A DNA stretch of 64,000 nt, taken from Isurus oxyrinchus. Taxonomy: Eukaryota. The stretch spans positions 4,030,001 through 4,094,000 of the forward strand of contig JANJGN010000034.1 in NCBI GenBank assembly GCA_026770705.1, read 5' to 3'. Position 1 is the stretch's first letter. Every line of letters starts with the position of its first letter. Of this stretch, positions 61,601 to 64,000 are shown piece after piece. Under the pieces are notes generated by a model. The model saw only the letters and a list, made by a program, of their open reading frames with translations, was not told the DNA's origin and did not search any database. Made by a program: the position numbers and the translations under genes.

Positions 61601-64000
61601 AACAGCATAAAGTAAGCCAGATAAGGACCAACTTCAGACCTTCGGAGACATCTGAGGTAAGGCTGCTTGAATTTGAAGGAAAACTAATGCTCGTTACTTA
61701 TGCGCTACAACTGGGTGGACAAAGAGAATAATCATGCGCAATTCAGCTCAAACATAATGAATGAAGATCATCTGTTTAATTTGTAAATAAGGGAATTGCT
61801 TTTTTTATTTTCCCCCCTCCCTTTCCCAGCCGCGTTATTTTAAATTGTGTGCCGTTTTCAAGCAGCCTTTTACTATGATGTGAACTGAGATTAAGTGAAT
61901 GTAGGACTTAAAGCCCGGGGCTAATAGATTGTAGATGCAACAACACTGCCTTTGGTGCAAGACGGTGCATGGGGTTGAAATAACATTTGCTGTTTAGAAG
62001 TAACTGACAAATTAAGTGTTTGTTCTTGCTTGGGGCCATTGGTTTAAAAACGCGTGAGTAATCGAACAGAAATTCTATTGACATGGCTATTAAAAATGCA
62101 ATGGTTGTCCGAAACTGGCCGGGAAATTGGAAGGTCTGGTATGGCGAGGATCGGATATAAAGTTTTGGAAAATCAATCAAAATTCCTTATTTAATGCGAA
62201 AGAGATACCTAGTAATAGCTCCATGATTTAGAGAGAACGGGAGCCTATCAAACATTCATCAAACATGGCAATATATTTTAGCAGTGATGGACTTTAACAG
62301 AGAATATGGAACAGAAAAAACGTGAGACCACACTGGACTCCTGCCTTGCTCTATGCCGTTCTGCTTGCGTGGGTACCGCCAGAAGTCCCAAACGCACGTT
62401 TCTCTGTAATGCAAATGTCATTCCTAACATGCAAATTAATCTCCAGAAAACCAAGAGAATTCCGAACATCAAATACACTATCTAGGATATTCTGCTTGAA
62501 CAGTGCTTTTTTGAGCCCATTAAAATTCAGAGCATTCACGACACAACAATCATCAGGTTACTTGATCGGTTGCAAATGCTCTCACGACAACCATTTGAAA
62601 AACGAAGGACACATTTAAGCAACCAGAAAAATCAGAATTGAGGTCATGATTTAGGCTGTTAATGCAATTTTTAATTTTGATCTCCAGAGACCAAGGAACA
62701 GAGTTTTTTTTTCAATTTATGTCATAATAATTATTCAGGTGTAATGTGGCAAATATTTATTTTGGACGTATGCATTGGAATTTGATGGAATGGCATTGAA
62801 TGGCTATTTGCAACACGATTGCCACGTTCTGGTATTTGAATTTAGTGAGCTAGGCTGACATGTATGTTTGATCCCGCTGATTTGCAATCGCTGTCATTCA
62901 GAAAAGCTTGATTTTTAAGGTGTAATTCCAGTTCCCAAACCTTATTTTATTCGCTTCAACGGTCTTTTACATTCTCATCCCTTTAGAATTTTAGAGAAAT
63001 TGGGTGGCTCGTTTCCAAAACAATATTGAATTCTCGCCACCTTGTGTCCAAATTTCAACTGCTATAGCAGAATGTGTAAACATATTCTCAGAAATTCATT
63101 TATCATTCTGCTTTTCAAAGACTGATCAACTAGACAAATAATGGACTAGTTGACTTGATGTAGGATCTTGTTTTTTGCAATCCCTGAATGATTTTGGGAA
63201 GGTTCACCTTACTGTGAATAACATTCATTCCGATTTGATATTGTTGTTGTTCTACATGAATGATTCCATAACAACAAACAACAAATACTCAAATACGTCC
63301 AATGTTTTGCATTTATCAAACTGTGAACTGTGGGAATTATGATGCAAAACACGTTACTAAGTTTATGAAAAGCATAAAAATTCTCCAGATCATCCAATTA
63401 TCGGCCATTTTATTGAAGATTCCTCCCTTTCAAACTTTTTTGACTGAATATTATCATTGTTTATCCAAATCATTTTTACAGCTCTACAAAATGGACGAAG
63501 CTGTGTCTGTGAATGATGCTCTGTCTGGGAGTGTCAACGGGATATGAAACGGCGAGCGGCCTTGCCAAATTGTACGTGAAATATGGGTTAGTTTTCAGGA
63601 CGATTTGGATATTCAGAAGTATAAAGTTGACTCTGGCAGAACTGACAAAATGCAAGGAATGTAAAGCTATACCTTTGTGCTTTTATTTCTATATACTTGT
63701 CTTTCTTAAGCTTTGGGAGAAATTGAGAGATAGTCTGAGATGAAACAATGAGCGAGGCAGACAGAAAGAGAGTGAGAATGTTGGATTACAAAGGGGTGAA
63801 TTGGAAGGAGTTTGATGGGGAGAGAAATCTTCGCCAGGATGAAGCGATTGCCAATATTGGACAATTGGCTTTCAGTGAAGTCACATCATAACCAATTTGA
63901 TGTGTCATCTCATCAAACGAGTGCCCTGGGACTGTTTGTACTTTTGATGCTGTGCTAATTGTTCAGTTAAAGTTAAATGTTTAGAGAAATACACGTTTTA

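Larger units (their letters stand above)
54600..63200. repeat. Ancient direct duplication, ~54600-57500 vs ~60300-63200 (offset ~5.7 kb)
   Basis: Collinear anchors: ATTGGCAGAAA ~54650/60309, CATGGTGT ~55290/60993, ACTGGGTGG ~55999/61710, GCTCCATGATTTAGA ~56558/62218. Confidence 0.75.

Noticed and set aside
1-64000. CRISPR arrays, operons, rRNA or tRNA genes
   Set aside because: None seen; the sequence is eukaryotic and repeat-rich, with no regular repeat-spacer pattern or cloverleaf that I could support.

Overview
AT-rich vertebrate DNA, most likely from a cartilaginous fish (inferred from the CR1 ORF1 and Penelope families I recognise). It is dominated by decayed retroelements: many CR1-clade LINE fragments, an RTE-like fragment, Penelope-like elements (PLEs) of two types, and an ancient LTR/ERV-like pol relic with a probable gag. 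No intact long host CDS is visible. Three structures stand out. (1) A young ~3.35 kb head-to-head palindrome (49516-52864) of two 5'-truncated Neptune-type PLE copies, with a 17-nt spacer, a 15-bp target-site duplication, one shared premature stop, and a minimal hammerhead-like motif in each arm. (2) An old ~2.5 kb tandem array (38670-45650) whose best-conserved part is a 21-nt, phase-1 micro-exon encoding (D/E)LK(K/V)KEE; spliced together the three copies give a perfect heptad coiled coil, and other short phase-1 exon candidates lie upstream. (3) An 88-bp fold-back hairpin inside a LINE. An old ~5.7 kb-period duplication is also present near the 3' end. Boundaries of decayed repeats are approximate (about +/-50-100 bp), read by eye, and no database searches were run.
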